Counted from the stretch's first letter, positions 51,341-63,464 are shown. The stretch is 64,000 nucleotides of DNA from an uncultured Nitrososphaeraceae archaeon (GCA_963779615.1 CAVZZA010000005.1:448001-512000); one strand, 5' to 3'. The notes: generated by a model from the letters alone, not told the origin. Made by a program: numbers and translations.

Positions 51341-51784
51341 TGGAACTCTTGATTTGGGGCCCAATGGTTTTATCTATAGTTTATATCCGTAGATGGGGGG
51401 CTTTTTCGTTCAGGCGAGACAACAACATCACGGGCCAGCCAACATCCCTATTTTTTTATTTGAGTAACTTTATTATACACTAATTAGGAAGACCGCTTTC
51501 TAATCCATTTTACTAGACAGATAATGAATTAGGAAGTTTTTGTAATTTAGGAAACAAGTTGTCATTACCCAGATAATCCTTACCATGAAATGCCATAACT
51601 TTTATTTTTAAAGGCATTGAATCACTTGCAAATGCATCATTTCTTCTTGCTGGCGACAATAAAAACTAAATATATTTAAAACATTTGAAATTAGGCTTTG
51701 GAAACGTCTTGATAATTCTTTTCATATCGCTTTTTTCCAGAGTATAGGCTATCTTAATATTTTTTATTCTTTATCATATTCTTT

Positions 51785-52010
51785 TATTTGGCCAACTTAT
51801 CAATCCGTGTTTGTTGGTCTACTTGCATAGACATTAGCAACCCACCGCTTAATTCAGAAGAGTTTCCAGGGGTCTTCATGAATGCCTGTTATTTACAGTA
51901 GCATTTACCTGTAGTCCAGAGTAATAATTGTTCGTCTTCACCTTGACAAACTTTCAATAAAATCACTCCAATTGCTAATTATTTTATCACAGGCTCCATC
52001 TTTATGAGGT
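51785..52010 (-). pseudogene. Degraded remnant resembling a small Nitrososphaeraceae helical protein family
   Basis: Fragments NWSDFIESL / EDEQLL...KCY / LLMSM.VDQQ.RIDKL spread across frames with stops; the family resemblance is from memory. Confidence 0.3.
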
Positions 52011-52360
52011 GTCGTTGTTTATTGGATTTGACAATCATAGTCAAATAAATCCAGTCATTCTTTCACGATGATTGTAATGTATCATTATTTGTTGTATATG
52101 CGCATCTCTACAAAAAAAGGTGTCACAAAAAATCGAATTTATTTTTTTTTGTTTTAATTATAGCACATTGCATAAAATGTTGTTAAATAAAGATACATGC
52201 CAATTGGGTTCATTTATTCAATTCTTCTAAAATTTTATAAACTCTAACCTGTTACTAAAGTTATTGAACTTATTTACCTACCCAATTCAAACCCCAAGTC
52301 AAAGCTGAAAAGTGATTGTTCCCTTTTGTATAGTAACGCTAAAACCCATGCCAATGTATT

Positions 52361-53402
52361 ATAGATCTATGGCATAATTAGAAATACCCCCATACGATCA
52401 AGGCTATCTTGGTTAGGCCATCCATAGTAGTGATGATGTCCCATTATCCTGTGGTTTACCAGTTCGGATACTATATCCGATATCCTATTGTACTTAATCT
52501 GTTTCTAAATGTATCAGACATTATCCTGTGGTTTTTAATTCTGCACATATTGTGCTCCATATCTATCCTCTTTTTAGCATACGTACTGATTGTACTCTTT
52601 CCCCCTATGGATAGATTCACACCATTTCTCTTTCTCTTTGGTAATGATGATGCCTGTTTGGATAATCTTTTTCTACTCCAAGTTATCCAAGGTCAAAAAC
52701 GTTAACATTTGCAATATTTTCGGGGGTAGCAGGATGATTTTTTTTTGTACCTGCAACTATCATAGTATGCCTTTTTCCTTTCTTATGGCCTGTTTTGTGA
52801 ATAATGATACATTGGTTGTTAACCACAATCTGTGTCTTTACCTTATGTCTTTTTTTCCCTAAAGAATAGTACAGCTTTCCTCTTGTTTTCTGCCTGGGTC
52901 TTGATTGATCTAATTTTTTGTACAATCTATAAAGGTCATAAGGCCAGGAAAGTACCTTTCAATTTCTTGAGTGGTTCGCAGTCTTTTTGTTATTTTGTAT
53001 ACCTTATGAGGTATTTATACACACTTTCTTACCAATATTCTGTAAAATCTTTTGAATATCCCTGCAGACATTACTCTCCCAGGTCAAACAAAAAGCCAGC
53101 CAACGCGTAGGTTGTGTAAAGACGGCAATGGTAGACCAAAATCATGAGAAACCTGTTTTTAACACCTAGCTTAAAGTTTCTTCCAGCACCAATGGATCGT
53201 TCTCTTTTATTCTTCCTTTTGGATACCCGCTGTATCTCATGTTTGTCATATTTTTTTGTTATTTCTTTATCGTAAATGTCATCGAACTCCTTTACCGTGA
53301 GGGCGGTAACTGACTTGAAAAGCAATAGTTTTTTGGATAACCCACCATACATAAGCAAATAAAGGATAGATAAATTAGCAACCGCTACTCGTCATAAAGC
53401 TG
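52361..53402 (-). mobile_element. Degenerate IS5/IS4-like (HTH_Tnp_4 + DDE_Tnp_4) insertion sequence remnant
   Basis: Transposase fragments LFKSVTALTVKEFD..RSIGAGR.FKL..RFLMILVY..LY.TY.LAGFLFDL, YYS.GKKRH.VKTQI and DLG, broken by frameshifts and stops. Element ends are approximate. Confidence 0.8.
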
Positions 53403-53414
53403 ATTAGGGCATTT

Positions 53415-53436
53415 ACACAACAGATATCTGTTGTGT
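53415..53436. other. Perfect 22-bp palindrome between the XPB stop and the IS end
   Basis: ACACAACAGAT|ATCTGTTGTGT. Confidence 0.75.
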
Positions 53437-53475
53437 GCATGTATTCAAATCAAGACTAAAACTAAAAATTAAACT

Positions 53476-55401
53476 TTATGTGTTGCTATCAATTATTGTG
53501 TATTTGTATCCCCTTTCTGTCAGAAAAAGCTGTCTTTTAGATGCATACTCTTGATCTACGGTATCCTTTGAAACAATCGTGTAAAAGTATGCCTGTTTAT
53601 TTGGCTTTTTGGGCCTCAATATCCTTCCAAGCCGTTGGGCTTCTTCCTGCCTTGAGCCAAAAGTACCAGAAACCTGTACGGCAACGTTTGCATCTGGAAG
53701 ATCTATTGCGTAATTTGCTACTTTAGATACAACCAGAAGCTTTATTTCGCCCTTTCTAAACGATGAGTAAAGCCTTTCTCTATCAGAATTAGGAGTTTTT
53801 CCTGTGATAATGGGGGCGTTCATTAATGAAGAGATTTGCGTCAGCTGATCTATGTAATCTCCTATTACAAGGATACTGTCCTCTCCTTCGTGTTCCGAAA
53901 CAAGATGTTTAACAACATCAATCTTTCTTGGATTCTCTGCCGCTGTACGATATTTCATTCTCAAGGGAGAAATGGCGTATTTCATTCTGTAATCATAATC
54001 CATTCCTATTCTAATCTCGTAGCATGCAGCTTCCGCAATCCAACCCTGTCTCTCAAGCTCTTTCCAAGGGGAGTCAAACTTTTTTGGGCCTATCAAAGAA
54101 AAGACATCGTCTTCCATGCTATCTTCTCTTATAAGAGTGGCTGTCAAGCCCAGTCGTCGTTTGGCTTGAATATCGGCTGTTATCCTGAATACAGGTGCAG
54201 GAAGCAAATGAACTTCATCGTATATTATCAAACCCCAATTCTTTGCCTTGAAGATTTCCAAGTGCGGATAAATCTTTTGCTCATGTGTTTCATAGTCATC
54301 ATTACCATCGTTACCGTATTTGTTGTTTGCAGTATTACTCTCGATAATATCCAACTCATCACTTACAATTTCGCTACTGCCACTTATATCGTTCTTTTTT
54401 CCAACCACATTCAAAGCCCCTTTCCCTCTTTTTTTATCCCCGGTCTTGGTGCTACGGTATGTAAGGCACTGATATGTGGTTACAGTAATTGGTCTCAGTT
54501 CTTTCAAATCTCCCGTATACTCGCCTATCATTTTCCTGTCTATGAATGATTTTTCTACAAGTTCTCTTATCCACTGCCTTACGCCTACAGTACTACTCCC
54601 AATGATAAGTGTTTCTTGACAAATTTTTGATATTATATCAATCCCCACAATTGTTTTACCGGCTCCACATGGCATTACAACTACACCGCTTCCACCTCTT
54701 TCAGAGCCGGAGACATAGAATGCCTCTGAGGCGTCATATTGGTAACGCCTAAGGCAGAATTTCTCACCGGTAGAGACAATCCTGTCTCTAAGCTTTATTG
54801 GAAGAGGATCTCCTGTAACATATCCCACTAGATCCTCAACAGGATACCCTATTTTTATTAGGGCATTTTTTATTCTTCCCCTGTACTCAGCATCAATTAA
54901 GAGATTATTAGAATTGAGCTTGTGCAGCACGTACTTGTTAATGCTCTTGTTGTTGTAAATCTCGGTTATCAGTATATCATCGAATGAACTCAGGATAAGC
55001 AGATTGGCATTTGAATAAGGAGAATTTATCAAAGGTGAAGGATCATCAACATTAAATGATTTAACATCATTTCTCCCCTCGTCTGTAATCTTTTCGAGCT
55101 TGAGCTTTCCATACCTTGAGAACCAATCGTGTATGTCTGTTACTATGTTTTGAGGAAGTTGGTACTTGCTGAATGTTGCAAGAACTTCCAAAACTTTTTG
55201 ACTTTTTAATCCAGATGCTGCAGCATTCCATATTGCAATAGGGGTTATCTTGTAGGTATGCACATGTTCTGGAGACCTTATAAGTTCAGCAAACCTTGAA
55301 AGCCAGTCTCTACATTCGGAATAGAAATCACTTTCAACTTCAAGTAGAATGGTACCATCGCCTTGTATAATCATTGGTTTTGAGGGAGTCACATCTGTCA
55401 T
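53476..55401 (-). CDS. xpb: XPB/Ssl2/Rad25 SF2 helicase, bacterial type with N-terminal Helicase_C_3 domain
   Basis: IIQGDGTILLEV...FAELIRSPEHVHTYKIT N-terminal domain; MPCGAGKT, DEVH, LTATLIRED and GSRQEEAQRLGRILRP motifs. Confidence 0.93.
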   Translation of the reverse strand: MTDVTPSKPMIIQGDGTILLEVESDFYSECRDWLSRFAELIRSPEHVHTYKITPIAIWNAAASGLKSQKVLEVLATFSKYQLPQNIVTDIHDWFSRYGKLKLEKITDEGRNDVKSFNVDDPSPLINSPYSNANLLILSSFDDILITEIYNNKSINKYVLHKLNSNNLLIDAEYRGRIKNALIKIGYPVEDLVGYVTGDPLPIKLRDRIVSTGEKFCLRRYQYDASEAFYVSGSERGGSGVVVMPCGAGKTIVGIDIISKICQETLIIGSSTVGVRQWIRELVEKSFIDRKMIGEYTGDLKELRPITVTTYQCLTYRSTKTGDKKRGKGALNVVGKKNDISGSSEIVSDELDIIESNTANNKYGNDGNDDYETHEQKIYPHLEIFKAKNWGLIIYDEVHLLPAPVFRITADIQAKRRLGLTATLIREDSMEDDVFSLIGPKKFDSPWKELERQGWIAEAACYEIRIGMDYDYRMKYAISPLRMKYRTAAENPRKIDVVKHLVSEHEGEDSILVIGDYIDQLTQISSLMNAPIITGKTPNSDRERLYSSFRKGEIKLLVVSKVANYAIDLPDANVAVQVSGTFGSRQEEAQRLGRILRPKKPNKQAYFYTIVSKDTVDQEYASKRQLFLTERGYKYTIIDSNT

Positions 55402-55634
55402 TATGTAATTATTTTCTCAAGTTTTAAGTTGTTTTGGTTATTATTAACGACGTATGAAGATATGGCAATTATTTGACAGAAGTCCTATGCCTGTTCTAAA
55501 ACTACCGATAGCAAATATACAGGATAGCCACTTGTGAGGATAACATGTTATTTTATAAAAGTTAACCGCTCGTATAATTATATAGCGAGCAACATTTTGT
55601 TTCCAGCATTGCTTTATTTTCTTTTTTAGTATGC

Positions 55635-56926
55635 CTATGTCTTGATAAAGTATCCCAACTTATCGCACCTTGACAAAATATTGGATCTGCTGCCTGGTTT
55701 TATCTCTATTGTGGTTTTTCCTATTTTGGACACAATCTGCTTTCTAATAATAGGATCATTTATCAGACTCTCCGCGACAAGCTCGTCTTTGCAGTCCAAT
55801 ATTTCAATTGTCCTAATCTCTATCTCTCCATATCTTTCCCCCCAAGCCCTTAACTCGTGTTCAACATCCTCCGGAATATCCGATGGAAAAGCAGCGTTGG
55901 CAAGTAAGGAGGTTATCTTTTGCCAGGTATAGTTTCCTGTTCTAAAGGCCCTAACAAGGCTCGTCCTAATTAGCCTAAAGATTTGTACCGGATCGGCATT
56001 AGGGTCAGATTTACTTTGCAAGTCACAGAACTTCCTTAGATGGAATGCAAGAGCCCGGCCTTTTGACGATTGTGATTGCAAAATAACTTCAAAGTTTGAC
56101 GTCACTGTAATTAGGTTATTACTGGCACTTCTGGCCTGTCCTGAATGGTCTACCTGAGCGTTAATGGAAATCGGGGAATGCCCCCATCTTTCAAGCGCTA
56201 CTAACTCTTTCTTGGGGTTATTTGTTTCGATGATTCCCAAAAGGCATAGAGGAAATATGAGCATTGTAGAAAGAAACTCATTGAGGATTTCATTGTAGAT
56301 TAGTACGCCATTGGGTCCATGTACATTTAGGCCATATTCATTTGTGAAAAGTTTTCCTCCTGACCCGATCTCACATTTATCCAATTATGAGTGCAAAAAA
56401 TACCAAATGCCAGGCTTCATCTCGTTCTTTATTTGTTTATAAAGTAGTTGTCTTGATGCAATCTCGTCAGATTTTACTCTTCGCATACCCAGATCAAAAT
56501 CAAATACTTTGGATCTAAACAAAAAAGGAGCGATACCGTTCTTTCCTTGTGCCCACCATTCCAGAAAAGTCTCATTAAGCACCATATCTGATGAGAGCAT
56601 CTTACTTGCATTGGATGACATGACTTCTATTCTTTCTGTGTTTCCTTCCCTACCGCGTGATCTTTCTATCAGCCTTTTGTCATATGCAAAGGCCATAAGC
56701 ATCTCATTAAAATCCTTCCAATCAAAGTAATCTGCGCCGTAAATCTTCTTATAAGCCCGAGATTTGGCCACATGTTGTTTGAATATTGGCAAGATGACAC
56801 CTTTTGAAACTTCGACTTATTCTTCAAGAAGGTGTAGATTAACAAAAAACCATCAATCCATATTTTTTTAACTTGTTTAAATAGAATTAACCTCAGCTGT
56901 TTTGTAATTTTTGGTGTTACATTCAT
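55635..56926 (-). pseudogene. XPB-associated Helicase_C_3 (p52/Tfb2-like) protein, interrupted
   Basis: Track ORFs 56385-56792 and 55635-56384 are in one frame separated by a single TAA (WYFLHS*LDKC). C-terminal VTSNFEV..FRLIRTSL.RA...IPEDV..ELRAWGERYG matches Helicase_C_3. A further 5' frameshift near 56810 is likely. Confidence 0.72.
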
Positions 56927-56967
56927 GGTAGTCTTTATAAAAAAGTATATTCAGTATATTATTTATA

Positions 56968-57315
56968 ATGGAATATGAAACCAAAGGAAAAACAATTTTG
57001 AATATGGACCCTGCCGTACGTTTTGTGACAATTCTTGAAACTAAGGAGGATAAAGTGCTCTTTTCTGAGCACAAAACGGGTGCAACAAATTATCTATCAA
57101 AGGAGGAAAGTCAGGAATCTCTTCAATTAGCAATCAATGCATGGAAAACTAGGAGTAAATTAGAATCAAAAATTGGCAAGGGAAAATATGTTCTTGCAGA
57201 ATATGAAAAGATAAAACGGATTACAATGCCCTTGGATGAAAGCCATTTGCTTTATATCACAACTGAGGTTGGGTGTGATGCCCTTAGTCTTGTTGACAAG
57301 ATTAGAAAACTATAA
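56968..57315 (+). CDS. DUF6659-like thaumarchaeal roadblock/profilin-like protein
   Basis: ILNMDPAVRFVTI, LESKIGKGKYVLAEYEKIKRITMPL and LYITTE patterns. Confidence 0.78.
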   Translation: MEYETKGKTILNMDPAVRFVTILETKEDKVLFSEHKTGATNYLSKEESQESLQLAINAWKTRSKLESKIGKGKYVLAEYEKIKRITMPLDESHLLYITTEVGCDALSLVDKIRKL

Positions 57316-57456
57316 TCTCATTTAATGATACAAAAGTATATTGCGAAACTAGTTTTTTAAAGGATAGCAATAAATTTCCAATTGGGTATAACTCAATTCA
57401 TTTCACAAAATAGTCTAATGGGTTTGAGGCAGTTCTTTATGGTCAGTAGGTTATTT

Positions 57457-57800
57457 TCAACCTGATGCACCGTATGTATCGATATCTGTTGTGCCTGCCC
57501 AGTTATTTTGAGTATTTCCATTGACTGCAATTCTTGCTTACCTAGCACCGGTTTCTGGAAAGTCATGGTTTTTTAGGTGATGTTGATGTTCCACTGCCTT
57601 TACCGCTAAATACATTGGCAAGGGTAGTTCCATTTGTGGAAACAGACATTACAAGGTTATTTTGGCGCTGGTTTCCAGTGTGCCAAGCAATATCCACACT
57701 GGAAACATTATTCTGTGCTCCTAAATCAGGCCTTATCCATGAACCGATACCGTTTCTTGACCACATGGTGCCAAGATTATCATCTATAGCATTTGCATGC
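57457..57800 (-). pseudogene. Discoidin (F5/8 type C) domain remnant
   Basis: NAIDDNL.T.WS..GIGSWIR.DLG...VDIAW..GNQR...SVSTNG, then a frameshift to DFPETGAR*ARIAVNGNTQNNWA. Confidence 0.75.
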
Positions 57801-58018
57801 ATATTTATTTGAAGAAGAGGATTGAAGATATACCCATTCAATTAAAAATTCCAATATTGATATCCATTAATTTTGTATTTAACAGAAAAACATTGATAGA
57901 AAATCCAATTAGGAAAGATAATAATAAAAATAGAATTGTCTTTCATTTTTATCTGGAAGAATATTGTATTCCATTTCAAATTTAGAGGGATTTTTCGAGG
58001 CAGGCATTCTAATAGAAG

Positions 58019-58360
58019 TTACCTTGTTATCTTTGTATCCTCATAAGCATCAGATAATTTATATAATTTATTATCCATTATCTTATGATTCACAAAAATT
58101 TTATATTTTATTTCGCATCCATCCGGCACTGAAATTATAGAATATGCATCATAATTCGCCCCTTGCCTTTTGAAATAATGGATAGGATAATATGGAATTG
58201 TAAACAATCCCTCTTCATTTTCCACGGATTGGCTAAAAGGCAAACTTGACGGTGGATTAGAATTACGACATACTAGTTTTATTATTTTTGACTGTTCCTG
58301 TTTTATTCCCTCACATTTAGGCAATCTTATCCATAAGACATATGAAATATGTACATCCAT
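58019..58360 (-). CDS. Hypothetical protein or gene fragment
   Basis: 113-aa ORF, no recognised family. Confidence 0.35.
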   Translation of the reverse strand: MDVHISYVLWIRLPKCEGIKQEQSKIIKLVCRNSNPPSSLPFSQSVENEEGLFTIPYYPIHYFKRQGANYDAYSIISVPDGCEIKYKIFVNHKIMDNKLYKLSDAYEDTKITR

Positions 58361-58525
58361 TTCTTTTAATAAACTAATATGTTTTGGATATGGTCAAATA
58401 GTAACTTAAAAATAACAAGATTTGGACCCGTATTTAGGTTACCAAGTCTTTTCGGGCCATGTCAATAAACACCATAAACCATGCACTTAAACCCAAAATA
58501 CAATCCTTAGACCATTATTATTACA

Positions 58526-59827
58526 TTGCATGCTACAAGAAGAATGATTCTGTCCATGGGAATGTTTTTGATAGGTATGCTCATGTTATCCTGCTTTTCT
58601 TATACTGTATTCAATCAACAAAACCAGGCACTAGCTCAACGATACATCCAGACAATAAAATACAGGAATGTGGATATAGATTTGGGTAACGGAGTAAAGA
58701 CCAAAGCTCAATTAACCTTACCTATTATTGGAAAAGGACCATTTCCTGCCGCACTGCTTGTTCCAGGCTCTGGTGCAGTAGACAAGAACGAAACCCTGGC
58801 TAAAAATGCTAAACCGTTTTGGCAGATAGCTCAATACCTATCTGAAAGAGGTTTTGCTGTACTTCGATATGATAAAAGAGGTGTTGGTGAAAATTTTACT
58901 ATTTTGAATCCAAATGTATGGAGAAATGCTACAGCCAATGATCAAATTCAAGATAACAACAAAGCCTTGAATGTTCTTATACAACAACCCGAAGTAGATC
59001 CAAAGAGGATAAGTATAATTGGCCATAGCGAAGGTACGCTTTACGCTCCAAGAGTAGCAATGGATAATTCGACAAAGGTAAAGAACATTATACTTCTGGG
59101 CATCCTAGCTCAGAACCCTTTAAAAGATGTAGAGTACTATCAAGATGTATCCTTACCATTAGAGTATGCTACACAAGTATTGGACAAAAACCACACTGGA
59201 TTGATATCAATACAGCAAATAGCAAATGATCCCTTGTTACTAAAGTTCTTGCCATTGCCACATTCTCTCCTGCTTACTAATAATACCAAAACTATAACTA
59301 CGACATTAGCAAAGGATTTTGGCACGAGTGATTACATAAGCATTGATAAACAACTTAAACCCATTCTGACAGAGAATTATGAAAACATTACTGCATTCAA
59401 CCCGCAAAAATGCAACACCCCTGGAGTATGTCCTGTCTTGTGGAAATCGTTTTCCGATATGACACCAAATGTAAACATCATTGGTAACGTCTCTAAATCT
59501 ACAGGCATCTTGATACTTAATGGAGAAAATGATACTCAAACTCCAGTTCAACAAGCATTTCTCTTACAACAAAAACTTACTGAAGTGAATCACCCTGACC
59601 ATATGTTGATAACATATCCAGATCTAGGACATGTATTCCATCCTTCATCACAATGGTCTACTCAAATTGGACCTATCCAACCTAATGTTTTAGCAGATAT
59701 CTACGCTTGGCTTGAATCTCACTCCGGTCTATCACACTCCTTTGGGCCTACCCCTGCTACCAATCAAATGTCACCAAATACTACTCTGAGTACACCTACT
59801 TACAACTCATCCTCTATCAACAAATGA
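58526..59827 (+). CDS. Secreted alpha/beta-fold hydrolase
   Basis: Signal peptide, VPGSG.VD, GFAVLRYDKRG, GHSEG nucleophile elbow, GENDTQTP (Asp) and LGHVF (His). The start may be ATG 58544. Confidence 0.9.
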   Translation: MHATRRMILSMGMFLIGMLMLSCFSYTVFNQQNQALAQRYIQTIKYRNVDIDLGNGVKTKAQLTLPIIGKGPFPAALLVPGSGAVDKNETLAKNAKPFWQIAQYLSERGFAVLRYDKRGVGENFTILNPNVWRNATANDQIQDNNKALNVLIQQPEVDPKRISIIGHSEGTLYAPRVAMDNSTKVKNIILLGILAQNPLKDVEYYQDVSLPLEYATQVLDKNHTGLISIQQIANDPLLLKFLPLPHSLLLTNNTKTITTTLAKDFGTSDYISIDKQLKPILTENYENITAFNPQKCNTPGVCPVLWKSFSDMTPNVNIIGNVSKSTGILILNGENDTQTPVQQAFLLQQKLTEVNHPDHMLITYPDLGHVFHPSSQWSTQIGPIQPNVLADIYAWLESHSGLSHSFGPTPATNQMSPNTTLSTPTYNSSSINK

Positions 59828-60743
59828 TGCATTGAATATTTTTATCGTTAAATGCAACTCGAACAGAAAGCTATCTTTATCGTGTTTGCCTTACATCTCA
59901 CAAAGTCCATTGCACTTTTATATTTTTCTAGTTTCAAACTCAAATAATAAAGACAAGGCAGAGGAAACAGCTACAAATCACTAAAGATATTTCATAAAAA
60001 CCGCAACAATAGAAGAAACAACAATCAGACAAGAACAGATATAATTTTTAATCGTTGAGTTTTCTGTTCACAACTTGTCAATTTTCCACAACATAAAAGA
60101 ATTAATATCTGAACCCGTGACATATCTATTGCTAACCATTGGGCCCATGACAAATTTGACTGTTTTTCCCGGGTTCATCAAGATATATGAACACATTGAA
60201 CAGAGAAAAATTAATTAAACAAGAAATCCAAAACTGTTTTTGTCAAATCCACTAAACGATCACGATAGTCTATTTTGATCTGTTTTATATTTTCCTTCTC
60301 GCATTATGAGGGGAAAAAGCGTTAAACACGGGCATAAACATAATCGCCCTCTCCCTCCCTATCCCAAGGTAAATTCTGGATTCGCTTGGGATTCTTGACG
60401 TCAAGTCAATGTCATCAACCACGAGATGAACATCTATAACCCCTGTTCATCAAATTTAACAATGATGCTGTCCACTTTTGTCTTTATGTCATTTGCTCCG
60501 ACAAATCTGCAATTTGTAGAAAATTCATCCCATCACTCACATTGAAATGTTTACCGCATAACCTGATGCAAGGGATTGTAGTGCTAATGCATGCAAGACG
60601 TATAGAACCAGAGCATATCAGTGTTTAAGTATTGACATGCACAGGATTTTGTTGGTCCATCTTTAAACGCAGAAATCAAGCAAGTGTATGATTGCCTGCT
60701 AACGATGATGTTTTTGGGTTGATAAAATGAGATAAGTTATTCC

Positions 60744-61818
60744 TTAATTTTGTTTCATTGGCAAACTAAACCTAAATGTAGATCCCTTTCCATCCTTGTT
60801 GCTCTCTGCCCATATGTGGCCACCATGAGCTTCTACAATGTTTTTGCAAATATACAATCCCAATCCTGTGCCTCCGGTTCCGTCCTTGAATGTAAATTTT
60901 GAGAACAGTTTTGTCAATATTGCGGGGTCTATCCCTTTACCCGAATCCTTTATGCTTATGGTGACTTTTTTTAGGGTGTCACCAACATTACCCATGTCGC
61001 TCGTGATAGTGCTGTTTGTGTCTATGCTTATGGTGACTGCGCCCTCTTTCACAAATCTAACAGCGTTATCAAGAATGTTGGAGACTACCTGCGCTATTCT
61101 TTCCCTATCTCCCTCTATGATGACATCTTTGTCTTTTTCCCTTTCTGCCGTTTTTAGGCTCATGGGATCATAAATGATGTTTACACTTTTGTCCTCATGG
61201 ATAATTTGATTTCTAGCGTCTTCAACAACCTCCAACACTGTCTCTGTCAAGTTGAACTTTTCATTGTTTGGCATCAACATGTCATTATCAATCTTTGAGA
61301 TGTACAGTATATCGGATATCGTCTTTTGGAGTCTTTTTGCATTTCTCATGATGGGTTCCCCATACTCAAACTTTGACTGAGGATTCGAAAGCAGGAGATC
61401 GATAAACCCCAAAATGGATTGGGCTGGTGTTCGCAGCTCATGCGATGCGATCTGGATAAAATCTTTTTGTTTCATGTTGTGGTCCTTTATCTGCTCGTTA
61501 ATTCGCGCAAGTTCCTTGTTCACTGAAGCAAGTTCCTTGTTCACTTTTACGAACCTTTCATTAGTTTTTGCTAGTTCCTCGTTGGCCATCAAAAGGCTAT
61601 AATCGGATTTTGCCAAACCACTTTTTGATTTTTTTATCTCACCTATCTTCACCTTAAGCTCACTGTTTAAAAGATGGAGAGACTCATTTGCTTCATCTAG
61701 CTCTTGAGTTTTTGCAATTAGCTCTCCAGTCTTTATTGCAAGAAGGTCCTCTGCGGTTAAACCATTTTTGTTATTGTCTTTATTATTTTTGTTAGAGGGG
61801 AACGTTTGGCTTGTTCAA
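60744..61818 (-). CDS. Cytoplasmic sensor histidine kinase (coiled coil + HisKA + HATPase); 5' end apparently frameshifted
   Basis: ASHELRTP, NILDNAVRF, DSGKGI and GTGLGL motifs. The frame is open about 160 nt upstream of GTG 61652; TTG 61818 joins it if one C of a C4 run is removed. Confidence 0.85.
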
Positions 61819-62112
61819 AGAGTATTAAAGATAATGTTTTATAAAGTATAACCAAAATCCCATGGTCATTTAAAATGTTTATCCATTGCTCTCCTTATTT
61901 TAGTCTGGCACGCCATATGCACATGATGTAATGCATTGGCCAAATTGAGGCTGGGGTTGTTCTAATGTCTTTTATATCGAACCCCAAATCGACATGTCAC
62001 CTCTAAAATAAAACAGTTGTTGTTAAAAACACTGATTGCTATAAAGGCATTCAGGTATTTTTAAATACAGCAAACCCAAACCTAAAAACCATATAAGTTG
62101 GCTCTGCTTAAA

Positions 62113-62478
62113 TGCATCTTGATAACAGATGACCATAATGGCGTTGTTAATGTTTTGCATATCGTATTTCGAAAAGATGGAGTAGGGTGCATGGATACTG
62201 ACCCTGTCTTGGCATTGGACTGTAAAAACAGGCCCTAAAAAATTTGCGCTGATAACGACTGATGTGAGAATGCCGGGTATAAACGGATGGAGCTTTTAGT
62301 AAAAATAAGTGACAGGCCCTGATGTTAAGGCGTTTATCGTTACTGCTGCTGATGAGAATACAGTTAAAACCCGAAATCAAAATACATTCATTCCCTTGAG
62401 GTGGAAGTTGAAGAAATAACCCAAAAACCATTCTCACTAAAAGACTTTGCAAAAGGTGTTAAAAACACACCCATATGA
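62113..62478 (+). pseudogene. Response regulator receiver pseudogene divergent from the kinase
   Basis: Multi-frame mosaic ILITDDH / TDPVLAL / LITTDVRMPGING / VKAFIVTA / QKPFSL. Confidence 0.78.
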
Positions 62479-63464
62479 ATGACGTAGGGCAGAAGGAAGA
62501 GAATTAATGCCAGGCTCGAAGCACATGCAAATTCTATTGTGTATATACGCCTGCCCTGGAAAATTAGTTTGTCAAATGACGGCACAATGTAAATTACCAA
62601 ACAAACCACAAATAGCCAAAAGAATGATGTCAAAGGAAGCCAAGAGAAACCTGCAACAATATTCAACACACAAACGAGTTTGCAGAAGACAGCATGACGG
62701 TAATAATACTGATGCAACATTTCAAACGTCAAAACAATCATCATTGCTAAATTTGGCTGGTTTTGATTTCACTTTGGGCATAACCTTTTGGGTTTTTTAT
62801 CCATGATGCCGAATTCACCATGGACACTTCATTTCCATCGAGTCCGGGCATGAGATTCTCCATTTTCTGGAAGGAGGTGCATCTACACTGATTTCCTGGC
62901 TCAGTAAAACCATAAATAAAAACAACACTGCCTGCAACAATCAAAAACACACAGGGAAGCCAACAACCGATTCTGATTTTTAAAAAGTAACCCGGGAACG
63001 CACAACACCTTGACAATGGTAACCAATCCAAATTTTGCAATTACTTTACTGCTTGTTGGTTAATGATTTTAGCATTATATAACCATGCCAAGCATCAGTT
63101 TTTATTTTTGATTCAGACTGACTTAAAACACCAATGTTTGCACGTTCTCTTTATCCCCGTAAGGTACCCACAAGTCCTTCTTTAGGTATCTAAATAATCC
63201 TTGGGAGTGGTGAACTGGCAACATACACTAATGATACCCTAATTGGGGACATCTGACTAAAGTTTGAGAGGGCTGCCAAAATTTTTTGTTTTATTTTTGT
63301 CCTGGCAAGCAGCAAAATTGCAACGGACTGGAAAGGGGCTTTTTGCCGATATCAGCATTCTAAACTGGATTCCATGTTTAGAAGCGAATAACATCTAAAG
63401 GTTGAGTGAATTTTGGCCTAAAAAAAGTACAACAACACCAGAGGGGGCAATCACCTTTATTGGC

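Noticed and set aside
53836-54549. 237-aa plus-strand ORF
   Set aside because: It is an antisense shadow of XPB.
62388-63040. Several 97-118-aa ORFs on both strands
   Set aside because: They overlap each other, have no motifs, and lie next to a pseudogene; none can be supported.
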